64,000 nucleotides of DNA from Chiloscyllium plagiosum (taxonomy: Eukaryota). The notes under the pieces were generated by a model. It was not told the DNA's origin. It worked only from the letters and a program-made list of their open reading frames with translations, and did not search any database. The DNA is taken from contig NC_057751.1 of the NCBI RefSeq assembly GCF_004010195.1, positions 11,522,578 to 11,586,577 of the forward strand, read 5' to 3'. The translations under genes were made by a program, and so were the position numbers. How positions within the stretch are numbered: the stretch's first letter is position 1; each line of letters starts with the position of its first letter. Shown piece by piece: positions 60,325 through 64,000 of this stretch.

Positions 60325-62799
60325 GGAACATTTCAGTAAACATTGAATCAAACATCAAAAACATTCAGTGTAAGAATGAATATTTTGATTATGTATTCAT
60401 TGAAGTCCACAGCAGTAACAAATCTTAAAGTTTACATATTCTATGAAAGCAGGTTTGATGCTATAAGATTGCAGAATGTGCAACAGCATTTTAGATAATG
60501 TGGAACACTCCTGATGTAAATTATTTCAGTGAATATTACGCATAGCTCAGTATTTTTGAAATGAAGTAACCAACAGCATTTGCTTTGAATTTATACAAAG
60601 GCACATCTGGACATGTTATAAAAAAGAAACCTGTTAATTTTTTGTGGAAAATTGTAGGAACCTCCAAATTCAACCTCAGTCTCAGTCTCCACCTCCCTCT
60701 TAGGGTCTTGTTTAACAGCAAAACATTTACAAAACGGATTACGTCACTTCAGAGCATTTTCACAAGAAAGTTGGTGGTTTCTGAAATAGTTTTATACCAT
60801 TTTTTGTAAGTTAGGACAAACTGAATAATGCTTTTGCTTACAGCTATATCAAAAAAGTAATTTTTCATTTCCAAATTTGTCATTCTCAGCAATATTATAT
60901 GCCTTGGAAAGGTAACATCATTTATTGTTCAGATTTAATAATTTCCTGAAAACTGGCCACATTATAAGTTTGACATGGTGAATATTCATCCCTTTCTAAA
61001 TGGAACTGCCATCAGTTCCACAAGTCCTCAGGGCTGAAAACCAACACTGAGCAAGTGAAGTTTGGGCTTAAGTTGGTAACTCATTTTGAGAAACAGTAAC
61101 ACAGAACAAATTTAAGATGTCTACATATCTTCCTCTATCTCAAATCTCCTATTTTCCCTTTTGCAAGCAAAAAATAGTTATTGGGAAGTAAACCAAAATC
61201 AATTTTGTACCAAATACTAAACAATGGCAAAAAACCCCGTCAAGGCCAAGCAATAACCTTGTCATGTCCAAGTGCTCAAATGTCTCAAATAACATCACAA
61301 CTATTCATTGCTGTTGTCACTACTTGCTCCCAGCAGTGTGTCTAATCATTTTCATTGTGTCTCATTGGATGAAGGAAGGTTGGGGTCCCTAGACACCAAT
61401 AACATTCAGGAGCCTTCTGCACAATCCTTTCCACATGTATTCAAAGACAAACAGGTTGCAACATGCATGTGCAGGTATGGGCTTGTCAAATATTCGTGCA
61501 CTGCATTGTGAACAAACCCAGTCATGTCACAATAGTTTATGCTTGGATATTTGAATAGGCCACTCAGGGCTAATAGATATTTGTATGAACCTCATGGAAT
61601 AATCCACCTCTGTTCATCATTACGTGAACAGAATTGAAGATGCAAGTGTTTATTGGGCACCTGAATTACTAGGGAAACATTTGAACTCAATCAATCAAAA
61701 ATGTCCACTCAAACCATGTGCATTATTGGTGGAATGCGTATATAGCAATCATCTCACTCTGTGACAAGCACAGTTTGCAGGAGGGAAAAGAAGAATGTAG
61801 GTTATTACAGGCCATTCTCACATGTTGCCCCTGATAGTTATCACCCTGTGCAGGCTTTTATTCTCACTTTCCCTGGCGTTTCTGGTTTCCCTGGCAGTTC
61901 TAACTACGGAACACACTGCATGTTCTTTATTACAGCGAAGTACACTGTAAAAATTACCGCAAAAATCTTACCCATACAATGTTTATCGTCACAAGTGCAT
62001 CCTTTTACATGGACTTGTCTGAAGATTAGACCAGAACAGGTGATCAGCCTACTCTGTCCCAACTTCCAGCCACTGATCAGGTAATCTCTTCCCCAGGAGA
62101 GCTAACTTTGCCATGAGTCAAGGATTTTTAAATTCTCTTTCCACACAAAGAAGCTATGCATTTCAACTGTTGACATTATCAAGGCTCCAGCAAATGACCA
62201 CCAACAAGCATCACAGAAGTGTCATCTACTAAATCATCTACAATGCAAATTCATTCAGACTTACTTGGGTCTCCTTGGAAAGAGACATGTATCTTGCTTT
62301 ACCTCCTCACAACTTTGATGTCAACTGATTCAACATACAAAACTTACACAGCAATATTATATGCCAATATAATATTGCTCTGACCAATCTCAAAATCAAC
62401 TCATAAATAGTCCACATTATCACATTTGATTTAGCATGTCTGCTTTTTCGTAAGCTTTTCCAGTTCAGTACATTATTGCTGAGTTATAATGCTTCAATCT
62501 TTAACACACACATTGTTTCAGCAAAGCGCAAAAACACTTTAAAACCAGCGACCTTTCTAATCAGTAGAGCATCACCAAACTTCATATATTCCTCCTCATT
62601 TCATTTAATTCCATTTACTTCATTTTAGCTAACCCAAAAATCTTAAGTTTTTATATATACACCAGGAGGCAAGCAAAGCAGTTTCATTATCTTGTATCTG
62701 GTGTATTAGTCATTTCCCTAATAAAACCATGGTGGGGAAACTGTGAGATGTTGGATGTGATCCCAGCAGAAGCCTGGAAGAAGACCTGAGGGGGCCCCA

Positions 62800-63140
62800 T
62801 TATGACTCAGTGGTTAACACTGCTGCCTCACAGCACCAGGGACCCAGGTTCACTTCCAGCTTTGGGACACTGTCTGTGAGGAGTTTGTACATTCTCCCCA
62901 TGTTTGCGTGGGTTTCTTCCAGGTGCTCTGGTTTCCTCACACAGTCCAGAGATGGTTAGGTGATTAGGCCATGCTAAATTGCCCATAGTATTCAGGGATG
63001 TGTAGGTGCATTAAGGTGTATTAGTCAGGGAAAATGTCAAGTAATAGGGTAGGGGAATGGATCTGGGTGGGCTACTCTCCGGAAGGTCAATGTGGACTGG
63101 TTGGGCCAAATGGCCTGTTTCCGTATGGTAGGGATTCTAT
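62800..63140 (+). mobile_element. HE1-like tRNA-derived SINE, full length
   Basis: tgactcagtggttaacactgctgcctcacagcaccagggacccaggttcacttcc...ggagtttgtacattctcccc...gggccaaatggcctgtttccgtatggtagggattctat. Confidence 0.85.
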
Positions 63141-64000
63141 GAAGAAGTGCATAGACACTGCTTTCCTTGCCTACTCCAAGGTTGTAGGTCTGTTTGCAAT
63201 TGGCAGCAGAATTCAGTATACTCATCCTTCATAAAACACACACCACTCATTCCCCCTGGAGACTTGCTCCCTGAAGATCCTGTGTGGTATACAGCTGAGA
63301 TATCTTCTCATCCACCTCCCGATCTTCCAACAGCCTACCTTTTCTCGTGTTACCATTCTACATTCTCCCTGCTATGACAAAGCAGTTTGAGGTCTCAAAA
63401 TCTCAAACCTCATGCCTTCATATGTGTCATACCAATCCTAGTAAACTTCACTGACTCTAATTAATAGTAAAAACCATCAAACATTTCTATTAATTTTGCA
63501 GTAACCAGTAGAAATAAGTGCATCAGCAACAAACCTGAAAATGCCTGATGATCCCTTTCAGTAGAGCTGTTGAGAGGTCCGTTATGCTGTTGACCACACA
63601 TCACACTGTGGGAAGTTAAGAGAAGTCTTTAATCGGAGTGTTGAGGTCTAAAATGGACTACAAGAATGAAATACACATGGACTGAAGTCACAATCTATCT
63701 AGCCTATATGCTTTTGCTGCTGTCGTTAGTGACCTAGCTGAAACAATATTCTGTGTGGCAAACATCACACTTATAAACAAAATATTACACCCACAAGGCC
63801 GGAAATATGGCATTTACAGAGCCCAGTTTTGGAGACCAAGGGGTGTGACACCTAAAAATAATTAACATGAGATGAATAGTGTTATAACATATTATTTCTT
63901 TTATCATTTGACAGAAGTCAGGAACTTGCAATAAAGAATTTTGGTAGACGTGATGTTGATGTCACAAATACCCAATCCATAATTTTCTAATCCTCTGTCA

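Overview
Eukaryotic, vertebrate genomic DNA, most likely from a shark or other cartilaginous fish (inferred from the HE1-like tRNA-derived SINEs and CR1/HER1-like LINEs). The + strand carries the 3' part of TACC1: ten coding exons read by hand at 7931-7991, 20641-20854, 27809-27864, 34958-35101, 38722-38798, 43569-43612, 44514-44674, 44817-44923, 48140-48260 and 49127-49195. All have GT-AG boundaries and compatible phases (1054 nt in total), encode the HATDEEKLA motif and the whole C-terminal TACC coiled coil, and are followed by a ~1.9 kb 3' UTR with AATAAA at 51108. The introns and downstream flank are full of fragmentary repeats: CR1 LINEs (some nested or tandem-duplicated), SINEs, L2-like tails, a Tx1/L1 fragment, a TA-flanked MITE, a probable solo LTR and a decayed Harbinger-type Myb/SANT gene. 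The most unusual signal is a set of 125-240 bp TSD-flanked, mostly hairpin-shaped retroposed elements. They carry minimal hammerhead-ribozyme cores (CUGANGA-A-stemII-GAAA with a 4-nt palindromic helix III), resemble Penelope-like pseudo-LTRs, and fall into at least two families whose stems covary. There is one assembly gap (37384-37635). Almost all ORFs in the six-frame track are spurious or repeat-derived. Repeat family names come from recalled resemblance, not database searches, and repeat boundaries are approximate.
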